A DNA stretch of 64,000 nt from Deltaproteobacteria bacterium (GTDB lineage: Bacteria > Desulfobacterota > Desulfomonilia > Desulfomonilales > Desulfomonilaceae), in NCBI GenBank assembly GCA_026388625.1, contig JAPLJK010000023.1, forward strand, positions 28,935 to 92,934. The letters run 5' to 3'. Shown piece by piece: positions 1-8,207 of this stretch. The notes under the pieces were generated by a model. That model saw only the letters and a list, made by a program, of their open reading frames with translations, did not search any database and had not been told where the DNA came from. Position numbers and translations under genes: made by a program. Each line of letters opens with the position of its first letter. Position 1 is the stretch's first letter.

Positions 1-2
1 CC

Positions 3-167
3 GATCTCGCCACAGCGCTCAGGTACAGCATACCTATGAATAATGGCCGCTGGGGGTTTGTTAAGGGTGGGTATAGATATCTGACCTACAAGAAAAAATA
101 CAGCGACATAAAGATGATGGAGACGGCCATGGATGGAGGTTTTCTCGAGGCAGGGTTCATATTCTAA
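3..167 (+). CDS. C-terminal end of a probable outer-membrane beta-barrel protein (5' part outside window)
   Basis: The frame is open from the window edge to TAA at 165-167. The tail ...MMETAMDGGFLEAGFIF ends in Phe with alternating hydrophobic residues, like an OMP C-terminal beta-signal. A hairpin plus T-run follows. The fragment is too short for a family call. Confidence 0.3.
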   Translation, partial: DLATALRYSIPMNNGRWGFVKGGYRYLTYKKKYSDIKMMETAMDGGFLEAGFIF

Positions 168-250
168 AGCATTATTGAAACATAATCACAATTTCAGGGG
201 AACGGCGTATCGATCCTTACTTGTGAAAGCCGCCTAAACAGTTTTCCTTC

Positions 251-312
251 AAGCCCGACCACACGTGACCGTCTCCCTTCCAGCTCGACTCACCAGGTCG
301 GGCTTTTTTTTT
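251..312 (+). terminator. Rho-independent-type terminator after the partial OMP gene
   Basis: GCCCGACC (253-260) pairs with GGTCGGGC (296-303) around a long loop. Nine T residues follow directly (304-312). Confidence 0.45.
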
Positions 313-431
313 ACCCGTATTGGTTATCCTTAATACTGATTCGCGGTCAACGGGTTAATTATACAAGTTGCCAAAATACTTGTCCAAATCAGGATTGATG
401 CGCGGCTGCAAAGCATACCAGAAGAAACTGG

Positions 432-479
432 ATGCCGGATCAAGCCTGTCTGCGTGCGACGCACAGGCAGGTCCGGCAT
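432..479. repeat. REP-like imperfect GC-rich palindrome
   Basis: ATGCCGGA (432-439) pairs with TCCGGCAT (472-479). An inner GCCTGT(CT)GCGT / ACGCACAGGC stem lies between them. The element sits in non-coding DNA, and ORF 432..617 merely reads through it (MPDQACLRATHRQVRH). Confidence 0.5.
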
Positions 480-621
480 TACAGAAGGCCCTTACTGGAA
501 GACACATCTTTTCCTGACCCCACGGCTCGAAGCCTTGCTAAACCGAATGTTATATCCCTTATGAATTTTACGAACGTCACAGGAACTCTAGCGGCAACAC
601 CTTCGAGTTTTCACTGAAAAA

Positions 622-841
622 GTGTTTTGCCGTGTAGGAGATATCCGTCGATTCAGATAGAGAGCAGGTTCTCAGGGCCTGGGGAAAGCTGGCAATGTGC
701 TACCATCCGGACGTTTGGGGAAGTTACAACGATGAAGAAAAGATGAAAGCAATCAATCCGGCCAAGGATCGGATTTTCGGAGTCAGAGGGTGGGATCAGG
801 TTTTTTCAGGTTTCCTTTGTACTCACGGCATTTACTTATGA
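622..841 (+). pseudogene. Small DnaJ J-domain protein gene, apparently frame-disrupted at its 5' end
   Basis: Frame 2 (638-841) reads EISVDSDREQVLRAWGKLAMCYHPDVWGSYNDEEKMKAINPAKDRIFG. This has J-domain helix II, the HPD motif and helix III, but no start codon after the in-frame TAG at 635-637. A GTG at 622 in frame 1 gives VFCRVGDI, which would be the missing helix I start. Confidence 0.3.
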
Positions 842-868
842 GGGCAGAACTCTGATCGTTTGAGAATG

Positions 869-895
869 AAAAAGGGGGACGGTTCACCGTCCCCC
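869..895 (-). terminator. Rho-independent terminator of the Cys-Pro repeat gene
   Basis: A perfect hairpin forms from GGGGGACGG (874-882), loop ttca, and CCGTCCCCC (887-895). On the minus strand it is followed by TTTTT (the complement of the A-run at 869-873). It lies 38 nt downstream of the stop at 933. Confidence 0.7.
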
Positions 896-932
896 TGGAT
901 TCCAGATGGTGTTTTTATTAGGTCGCCGGAGG

Positions 933-1448
933 CTACCAATAACTTCCGAAGATACCTTCACTGGGAGCGGCCATTAGCGTCAGCGGCAATCCCTTATCGT
1001 TTCTAACCATGGGAGCGAATCTACGAGGGGCTCCCCGGCCAAATCCGACAGGCCGTCCTGGCCCCATCCCGTACCCTAACGCCGGAGGGGGACCGTAAGC
1101 AGGTCCGCACACGGGAGGCAGACACATAGGCGGCGGGCACATTGCCACCGCGGGCGGGCAGTGTCGAGGCCCACACCTCAAATGGCTGATAACTGCGTCT
1201 ACCATTCTGAAAGGAAGCGCAATTACCCCAGTCACCAGTCTAAATGCTCCCACGGCGATCATCGCCAGAGGATTTGGTTCGCATCTAGGCGGCAGGCAGG
1301 GTGGGGGGCCGCAAACGGGGGGCGGACATACCGGGGGCCCGCACACAAGTGGCGGACACATCGGCCCGCCGGCAGAGACCTGAATTACCCCGGCCGAAAT
1401 CGACATCGTGGCGACTATGACTGCTAAAGCGATGACTCTCAAACTCAT
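933..1448 (-). CDS. Exported Cys-Pro pentapeptide-repeat protein (unknown family)
   Basis: The 171-aa ORF has a strong SD (GAAGGAGGG, 7 nt before the ATG) and a signal-peptide-like N-terminus. Two blocks of CxPPx repeats (MCPPLVCGPPVCPPPVCGPPPCLPPRC and CPPAVAMCPPPMCLPPVCGP) flank a hydrophobic segment. A clean terminator follows. Confidence 0.75.
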   Translation of the reverse strand: MSLRVIALAVIVATMSISAGVIQVSAGGPMCPPLVCGPPVCPPPVCGPPPCLPPRCEPNPLAMIAVGAFRLVTGVIALPFRMVDAVISHLRCGPRHCPPAVAMCPPPMCLPPVCGPAYGPPPALGYGMGPGRPVGFGRGAPRRFAPMVRNDKGLPLTLMAAPSEGIFGSYW

Positions 1449-1622
1449 TATTACCCTCCTTCATGCAGCGAATTCCAGGCCCATACTTAAGGCAGCCCGC
1501 AAACCTCCGCAGATATGGCAACTAGAATAGAAGCGATTGTATCAGACCGTCGCCTGTCTGTCAATGGATAAAAACGGTCTGTGCCCTGCCTTTCGGGGGC
1601 TTAGAGATGAATTGAAGAACCT

Positions 1623-2879
1623 TCATTCATTTTGATCATCCCAGATGACCTCTTCATCTCTTGCGCCGCTTTCAGGCTTCTTGGGAAATCCGACCTGTCC
1701 ACATCCAAAGTCAAGTGACCGGCACGGCCCAAGTTCTTGAACAACCTTACGTTCAAAAGATCTGCCCGAAGGTTGCCACTCCTGAACAACCATATCCACT
1801 ATGGGTTCATGATTCTTGTCGAACCTGACTCTTCCTCTTGGGCCGTCAAGGCTCAGATCCTCCACAAATTTCACCAATTTTAGTGGATCGCCGGCATCAT
1901 CCGGGCCAGCCACTGTCGCCTGATAAATGATATGTGCTATGTCGTAACCCTCTGCGGCCCTCTCAACATAACTTACTTCCGTTCCTGTCTCCCGTTTTAG
2001 CCTGTCGGCGAAATCTGTGGGATCCTTGACACAAGAAAGCGTTCTGACGCCAGTTGAAGCCTTACCCGCGACCGACAGCACACCAGGAAACGCCGTTAGA
2101 GATTCCGGGCCTATGAGGGGACGTTTGAGTTCCGAAGAACCGCTTCGAACAGCCTTGAGAAAAGTCGAGGCGGATTTTTGCCTAAACGAGGCGAACACGA
2201 AATCAGGGCTGGTGTTCTCAACACCGTCCAAGATCGTCTTCAGCTTTTCTGAACTCGAATTCAGCATGACCCTATCCGCAAACGTTCCCCCGGATTTTTC
2301 AAATGCGTATGCAAAGAAATCTGCTTCCTCGTTCCCCTGCGGGTCATCTTCACCGGTTATAAATGCCTTGAGCCCGATGTTCCTAACTGCCCAGGGAGCT
2401 AAGGGCTGAACGGCCTGGTAAGTGTTCGGACGTAAACGAAAAATTCCCGGTAGACACATCTCGCCCGCCACGAGGCGCACTGAGGGATTTGTCACAAAAA
2501 GGATTGCCATTGTTCCGGCCAGGCCATGAATTGTCTTTTCCGACCCATTCAAAGATGGCGGACCGACAAGGAAATCGACCTTCTGGTTCACGAGAAGGCC
2601 TGTCAAGGCTTCCAGGGTTTTCTGGTCATCAGGGCCGCTATCTTTCCTAAGAATTTCAAGAGGCCGGCTTCCTTTTTCTTTAAGAAAAAATTCAAAACCA
2701 GTAATCAAAGACTTTGACTCTTGCGACAGTGGGCCTTGCTCCGGAATTATGAAGCCCACTTTGACCCGAGCCTTATCGACTGCGTTGGCCCTGCCCACGC
2801 CCATTACTACAGCGCTCAAACACAGCCCCACGCCAACGACGAAATCGCGCCGAGAAATACTCGCGTCGTGGTCTCGCAT
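1623..2879 (-). CDS. Periplasmic substrate-binding protein, Leu/Ile/Val-binding (type 1 PBP) family, with a twin-arginine-like signal
   Basis: The protein has the length and composition of a LivJ-like binding protein (KVGFIIPEQGPLS..., FITGEDDPQGNEEADFF...). The N-terminus MRDHDASISRRDFVVGVGLCLSAVVMGVGRANA looks like a Tat/Sec signal. I placed the start at the internal ATG at 2879. The ORF track extends to 2984. Confidence 0.6.
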   Translation of the reverse strand: MRDHDASISRRDFVVGVGLCLSAVVMGVGRANAVDKARVKVGFIIPEQGPLSQESKSLITGFEFFLKEKGSRPLEILRKDSGPDDQKTLEALTGLLVNQKVDFLVGPPSLNGSEKTIHGLAGTMAILFVTNPSVRLVAGEMCLPGIFRLRPNTYQAVQPLAPWAVRNIGLKAFITGEDDPQGNEEADFFAYAFEKSGGTFADRVMLNSSSEKLKTILDGVENTSPDFVFASFRQKSASTFLKAVRSGSSELKRPLIGPESLTAFPGVLSVAGKASTGVRTLSCVKDPTDFADRLKRETGTEVSYVERAAEGYDIAHIIYQATVAGPDDAGDPLKLVKFVEDLSLDGPRGRVRFDKNHEPIVDMVVQEWQPSGRSFERKVVQELGPCRSLDFGCGQVGFPKKPESGARDEEVIWDDQNE

Positions 2880-3368
2880 GCGGTACCCGAAAATTGACTC
2901 ACTTGCCGCAGGACTATCCAGCTTCGGCACGCACTCTTGACCACCTTCACCCGTATCTCTTCCACGATGCGGCATATCTTCCACGTTCCACTGAGTCGGG
3001 AAAGAAGTTGATTGTCTAACGATTACAACACCAAATCCTGCCCTTTGAACATCATCCTACATCAAAGCTCCTGGTCTGTAAAGAAGAGCCTCAAAGGTGC
3101 CGGAAAATTAGATGTGATTCCTATTGCAATGGAAGAAGGAGGGCGACCGACTTTGTACCACTTGAGAGTAACCGCCCTGAACTCCAAATCATCGCGGGCC
3201 GGACACGGGTTCCAAATTCCGGCCGAGCATTGTCTTGCCACTAACGTCAATGTTTCCGAACAACTTTCACAAAAGGAAGTAAGACAATGGCCCAGGAGCC
3301 CTTCGCGTAATTGTTTGCATTTTCTTGAAGTGCTGTCACACCGAAACGTGAATCCTGGATACCTTGGG

Positions 3369-3692
3369 CTAATCGACATGTAAAACTACGGCAAAGCTAT
3401 TGAACATTACCCAAACATCGTCTCCTTCATTGATGCCGAGTCTGTGCCTGCTCTCCTTGGTCACCACGGAACACAACTCCGTTCCGTCCTGTATACGAAC
3501 ACTAAATTCGGTGATGAGTTTGCAGCGGAGGATTTGGGCCACTGTACCGCGAAACATATTCTCCGCCGTGCATGACGGCCCGATATGAGCCTTTTGCAAT
3601 ATGACCCACGGTGCTTTGACCTCAGTTGTGACCAATGAACCCGCTTTCAGCCCCAGCCTTTTCAGACTGTCGTTGGTAATCACCGAGGTCAC
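3369..3692 (-). CDS. TOBE/Mop (molybdate/tungstate-binding type) domain protein
   Basis: The C-terminal half FRGTVAQILRCKLITEFSVRIQDGTELCSVVTKESRHRLGINEGDDVWVMFNSFAVVL fits the TOBE fold pattern. The N-terminal half (VTSVITNDSLKRLGLKAGSLVTTEVKAPWVIL) is the end of a first TOBE repeat. GTG at 3692 is the only start codon. Confidence 0.55.
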   Translation of the reverse strand: MTSVITNDSLKRLGLKAGSLVTTEVKAPWVILQKAHIGPSCTAENMFRGTVAQILRCKLITEFSVRIQDGTELCSVVTKESRHRLGINEGDDVWVMFNSFAVVLHVD

Positions 3693-3973
3693 GATATCTC
3701 CACCGACAGTGACCCCTACCTGGATCGGGCTAGGCCTGTGTTTGGGAGAGGGTCTGCCGAAAAGATTGCGCTTGACCGGAGGGCCCGTGGTGACATACGC
3801 TCAAAAACAGAACGCAAACGGCTTTTTCGGTAACGTGACCACGGTCTTGCCTCCGTCGGGTGTTGTGCGGGACCACACGGGGGTCTTTTCGAAGTTAGAA
3901 TAACCATCCCGCGACTGGGCATCGGCCCAAACACCCCGGAAATGGCAACACCGCATAATTCCAGGTAAAGTAC

Positions 3974-5014
3974 ATGATGAGTGACCATTCTTTATCTTTT
4001 GAGAAAGAAATAATTACCGCAAAGTTTATTGCCCCTTCCGGCGAAGATGTTGAGAAACGCATCGAAGTCCGTATCAATCCTGTTTCGGGGCGAACCAGCA
4101 GAATTGCATTCGGACGGGGCGCTGAAAAAGAACCGGGAACACAGAGCCTGCCGTTGCGTCCGCCGAATGCCGATGATACTGCCGGTTGTCCTTTTTGCAA
4201 GCCGCAGGTCATGTCAAAAACGCCGAGGATTCTTTCCGATATTTTTCCTGACGGGCGCTTATGTAATAATAGTTCAATTTTATTTCCGAATCTTTTTCCT
4301 TACGGCAGCTATTCGGCGGTGAGCCTTGTTGACAACCGGCATTTTGTAGAAATCGGCAGATCGTACGTATCTTCGTATACCGACTGTTTTATCAACTGCC
4401 GGAATTATCTTCGCCACGTACTTGGGTATGATTCCGAAGCCGTTTACATGGCAATTACTCAGAATCATCTGCCTTCTGCCGGCGGCTCTTTGATTCATCC
4501 CCACCTTCAAATCAATGCGGACAGAATAGCTCCCAATCATCATCGGTTTTTACGGAAAAAAGCAGAGGAATATTTTCATCAGATCGGTTCTTATCTGTTT
4601 TCCGATTATCTGCTGCATGAAAAACAGGACGGCAGCCGTTATGTCGGAAAAACCGGTTCATGGGAATGGATAACCGCCTTTGCTCCCGAAGGTTTTCTTG
4701 AAATCTGGGGGATTTTGCCTAAGACCACCTCCCTGTATCAGATAACGGATTCGGGCTGGAGTCATCTTGCTCAGGGAGTTGTCAACGCTCAGAAATTTTA
4801 CCGAAGCCTTTGCAGAAACGGGTACAATCTCGGTATGTTGTTTGTTGAGGACGGAAGTTTTTATCTTGAAATGCGGGTCGTGATTCTTGCCCGATCGAAT
4901 TATGCGCCCTGGGTACGGAATGACCACACCGGCTTCGAGGTCATGCTCGGAGACATGGCGACGTTCACATCGCCTGAAGATACTGCAAAAAATGCCGGAA
5001 TATTCTGGACATAA
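3974..5014 (+). CDS. GalT-family (HIT superfamily) hexose-1-phosphate nucleotidyltransferase/phosphorylase
   Basis: It carries a CPFC zinc motif and an HPHLQ (His-x-His-x-Gln) active-site motif, within about 345 aa of GalT-like architecture. Confidence 0.6.
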   Translation: MMSDHSLSFEKEIITAKFIAPSGEDVEKRIEVRINPVSGRTSRIAFGRGAEKEPGTQSLPLRPPNADDTAGCPFCKPQVMSKTPRILSDIFPDGRLCNNSSILFPNLFPYGSYSAVSLVDNRHFVEIGRSYVSSYTDCFINCRNYLRHVLGYDSEAVYMAITQNHLPSAGGSLIHPHLQINADRIAPNHHRFLRKKAEEYFHQIGSYLFSDYLLHEKQDGSRYVGKTGSWEWITAFAPEGFLEIWGILPKTTSLYQITDSGWSHLAQGVVNAQKFYRSLCRNGYNLGMLFVEDGSFYLEMRVVILARSNYAPWVRNDHTGFEVMLGDMATFTSPEDTAKNAGIFWT

Positions 5015-5181
5015 TCTCACACAATATGTCGCCTAATGGTCCCCGCCATCATGTGTCAAGCCATTACATAAACACTACATTACCTGTACGCTCCAAGACC
5101 TGACCTGGATTTTGCTTGTTCATGCCTGGACACTAATGCGGCCACCCTGCGATACGGGGCAACGACCACATCCGTTTCTAT

Positions 5182-5508
5182 CTAGGGCATAGGCCGACCC
5201 CATGACGGAGCCGTGGGATAACCACCACTGATCTTTGTCATTGGTTTGCGCATAGGCGGAGCACAGATCGGTGGAGGGCATTCCATACGAACGCCGATCA
5301 CGTGGCAACTCCTTGGTGCAAACGAGTCCTGAGAGCACTTAACTATAGCCATCTCCGACGCATGGCCAGGGGTCGGACCGAACCCCTGATACAGCGCGCC
5401 ACGGAAATTCTGAGCCGTAGCAACGAAGAAGGCGTTTGCTCCGCCGGAACCTAGAGTCACAGAAACAAACACTATTCCTAAAATCAAAAACCAGGATTTC
5501 TTGTTCAT
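5182..5508 (-). CDS. Small exported protein with a CPPPxCxPP tail
   Basis: The SD is GAGGTAGGAG directly before the ATG. The signal peptide is MNKKSWFLILGIVFVSVTLGSGGANA. The mature part has 4 Cys, including ...MECPPPICAPPMRKP. Confidence 0.6.
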   Translation of the reverse strand: MNKKSWFLILGIVFVSVTLGSGGANAFFVATAQNFRGALYQGFGPTPGHASEMAIVKCSQDSFAPRSCHVIGVRMECPPPICAPPMRKPMTKISGGYPTAPSWGRPMP

Positions 5509-5643
5509 CTCCTACCTCACGCAATGTAGCAATTTCAAAACCAGGGCAGCCCCATGGTTTAACCAGACACCGGAAACTCATAAAAAGTTCTCGGCCGGCG
5601 TGTTACGAAAGGACGTCACTCCTTAAGAAGTCCCCAATAATGA

Positions 5644-6936
5644 TCATGCAGCCGCCTCCTCCTTGAAAGAAGGCTGCCCGGTAGCCTCAAGCACACTTCT
5701 CCAGAGCTTTCCGTTCAGATCGACGTGCTTACGGGTCCTTACAATCTCCTTCACAGGTATGTAGACAAACTGATCGTTCACACTTCCCACTACCATATTA
5801 GTCTTGCCGGACATGCCCGCGTGGACGGCCTCCTGCGCAAGGAAACCGCAAAAGACCGAATCATCGGCAGTTGCTGGAACCGAACGAATCATGTAACTGG
5901 GATCGATATACTTAAGGTTTATCTCTATTCCTCTCGATCGGAAGTAGCCTGTGATCCTTTCCTTCAGGTACAGACCGACGTCTCCCAACCGTGGATTGCC
6001 TGATTCGTCAGTCCCGTCGGCTTGGCAATATTTTTGGCCGGCACCTTCGGCTACGACTATGACAGCGTGCTTCCGTTCGAGTATCCTCCTTTCGAGAATC
6101 TCCAGAAACCCGTGGGGACCCTCGATGTCGAAGTCAGATTCAGGGATGAGGACAAAATTGGCGTATCTCTTATCCAGAGCAGCACTGGCAGCAATAAATC
6201 CTGAATCTCGTCCCATAAGTTTAACCAGTCCTATTCCGTTGGGTGCACCATTTGCTTCGACATGCGCCGCACCTACGGCCTGCGTTGCCATGCTGACTGC
6301 CGTGTTGAATCCGAACGATCGAGAAAGCAAGTTGATGTCGTTGTCTATGGTCTTGGGAATCCCCACAATGGCAATCTTAGACCCGCGATTACGTAGCTCT
6401 TCCGTTATCTTTGCCGCAGCCCTGAATGTTCCATCTCCACCCACAGCGAAAAGAATTCCGACATTCATGCGTTCAAGAGCATCTACTATTTCTTCAATAT
6501 TTTGGGGACCACGGGAAGATGACAGTATTGTGCCTCCCAATTCATTTATTTCCGACACTTTCTCAGGTGTCAGTTCCATAACAGGGTGCCCATACTTAGC
6601 AATAAATCCTTGAAGGCCGTATCGGATACCAAGAATATTCTTGACACCGTAAGTGTGATATAGAGTTAGAACCACAGACCGAATAACGTTGTTGAGTCCT
6701 GGGCACAAGCCACCGCATGTCACCACTGCACACTTGAGTTTGCTCGTGTCAAAGAAAATCTTGGCTCTCGGCCCGGCCTTCATGAACGATACGGGCCTTC
6801 TTTCTTCTCTCACCTCTTGTTCTATTGTCTCTGCCGAGATGTTGAACAGAATTCGTTCATGGTCGTCAACAGCGTCAGCCACACCGAGAGGGGAGTCTAT
6901 TTTCGGTTCCCCAAGAGTTTCAATAGTGGTATCCAT
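5644..6936 (-). CDS. pfk: 6-phosphofructokinase (PfkA family, long ~430-aa clade)
   Basis: Motifs seen: VVTCGGLCPGLNNVIR, GGDGT, PKTIDNDI, MGRDSGFIA. Confidence 0.85.
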   Translation of the reverse strand: MDTTIETLGEPKIDSPLGVADAVDDHERILFNISAETIEQEVREERRPVSFMKAGPRAKIFFDTSKLKCAVVTCGGLCPGLNNVIRSVVLTLYHTYGVKNILGIRYGLQGFIAKYGHPVMELTPEKVSEINELGGTILSSSRGPQNIEEIVDALERMNVGILFAVGGDGTFRAAAKITEELRNRGSKIAIVGIPKTIDNDINLLSRSFGFNTAVSMATQAVGAAHVEANGAPNGIGLVKLMGRDSGFIAASAALDKRYANFVLIPESDFDIEGPHGFLEILERRILERKHAVIVVAEGAGQKYCQADGTDESGNPRLGDVGLYLKERITGYFRSRGIEINLKYIDPSYMIRSVPATADDSVFCGFLAQEAVHAGMSGKTNMVVGSVNDQFVYIPVKEIVRTRKHVDLNGKLWRSVLEATGQPSFKEEAAA

Positions 6937-7136
6937 CAGTTAATGCTTCCAGTACGCAATTATTCTCAGGTGTCGAAACTTATGATGTACTCCCGATACA
7001 TTATATGACTTTAAAGATGACTGACTTTACCTCAAATTCGAGAAAAAGTCTATGAAAAAAAGGTATTAGCTTGTGTCATACAAAACATTAAGGTATTCGA
7101 ATTCATGTCTTATATTCCGAGTAAAAAAATGAAATA

Positions 7137-8207
7137 TTATACATTAAACCTAAATAATATTATATCTCCATCCTTGACCTTGTAGTCCCTCCCTTCCAGC
7201 CTCAACTTGCCCACCTTGTGAGCCGCCGTCATGGAACCGGCTTCTGTGAAATCGTCAAAGGCCAACACCTCAGCCCTGATGAAGCCTCGTTCCATGTCGG
7301 AGTGAACTGTTCCAGCCGCTTTCAGAGCTGTCGCACCTTGTTTCAGTTGCCAGGCGCGAACTTCCGGTTCTCCTGCAGTAAAAAACACAATGAGGTTTAG
7401 TAACTGAAAAGATGTGCTGATTATGCGGTCTTTCGCGCCTTGTTCGAGGGACATTTCTCTCAGGAACTCGTAGGCATCTTCAGGACTTAACCTGGCGATC
7501 TCGGCCTCAGTGTCAGCGTAAAGCCACTCCAGAGCCATGTGATGCTGGTCGGCAACGTATGCCTTAATTTCCGCCAGGGCATGCAGCGCTTCGGACGGTG
7601 TCTTTCCCTCGCCTGCATTTATAAGAACAAGCTCCGGCTTCAAGGACAAGAAAGAGAAACCGGTAAGTTTTTCCGATACCGCCTCTCGTGGAAACATCCG
7701 CAGAGGCTTTCCTTGATCGAGAAGGTTGGCCGCATTGGTCAACAGATCGAATTCGTCCGCCAACTCTTTCTTGCCTCTTTGTAGTTCCTTCCGGACTCGC
7801 TCCAAACGTTTCTCAACGACGGCAAGGTCTGACAGAATCATCTCTTCTTCAAGAGATATAAACTCTTTGAGAGGTGCAGTAGGATTCAGCGAAGCCGATT
7901 CAAAAAACCTTACACAATGCACCAATGCGTCCACAGGGCGAATGTGCCCGAGGAACTTGTCACCAAGTGATCCTCCCTGTCGTCGCTGACCGGAAAATCC
8001 CTGGACATCCGTGTATTCAACATGCACCGGAGTGGTTTTTTTAGGCTTGTGATACGCGGTCAGAACATCTAATCGAGTGTCCTGCACCTTGATCACCCCC
8101 AAACCAAGTTCCTGGTGGCCCCTGTCGCCCACCTCGATTCCACCCGTAAGCGCCCTGAAAACGGTGCTCTTCCCACTTCCGGGCAAGCCTATAATTCCTA
8201 GCTTCAA
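7137..8207 (-). CDS. ychF: Redox-regulated ATPase/GTP-binding protein YchF
   Basis: It has the P-loop GIIGLPGSGKST and a C-terminal TGS-type end ...GRDYKVKDGDIILFRFNV. I prefer the TTG start at 8207, which is preceded by GAGGA. The ORF track's longest form starts at TTG 8267. Confidence 0.8.
   Translation of the reverse strand: MKLGIIGLPGSGKSTVFRALTGGIEVGDRGHQELGLGVIKVQDTRLDVLTAYHKPKKTTPVHVEYTDVQGFSGQRRQGGSLGDKFLGHIRPVDALVHCVRFFESASLNPTAPLKEFISLEEEMILSDLAVVEKRLERVRKELQRGKKELADEFDLLTNAANLLDQGKPLRMFPREAVSEKLTGFSFLSLKPELVLINAGEGKTPSEALHALAEIKAYVADQHHMALEWLYADTEAEIARLSPEDAYEFLREMSLEQGAKDRIISTSFQLLNLIVFFTAGEPEVRAWQLKQGATALKAAGTVHSDMERGFIRAEVLAFDDFTEAGSMTAAHKVGKLRLEGRDYKVKDGDIILFRFNV

Noticed and set aside
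432-617. 61-aa ORF (MPDQACLRATHRQVRH...)
   Set aside because: It reads straight through the REP-like palindrome. It has no SD and a low-complexity Arg/His-rich translation typical of translated repeats.
1161-1521. ORFs 1161..1427 (+) and 1285..1521 (-) overlapping the Cys-Pro repeat gene
   Set aside because: These are shadow frames opened by the GC-rich CCN/GGN repeat. Only the 933..1448 frame has an SD, a signal peptide and a terminator.
5951-6613. 220-aa ORF antisense to pfk
   Set aside because: It lies opposite a gene with unambiguous PFK motifs. Its translation is Ser/Pro/Ala-rich with no recognisable domain.
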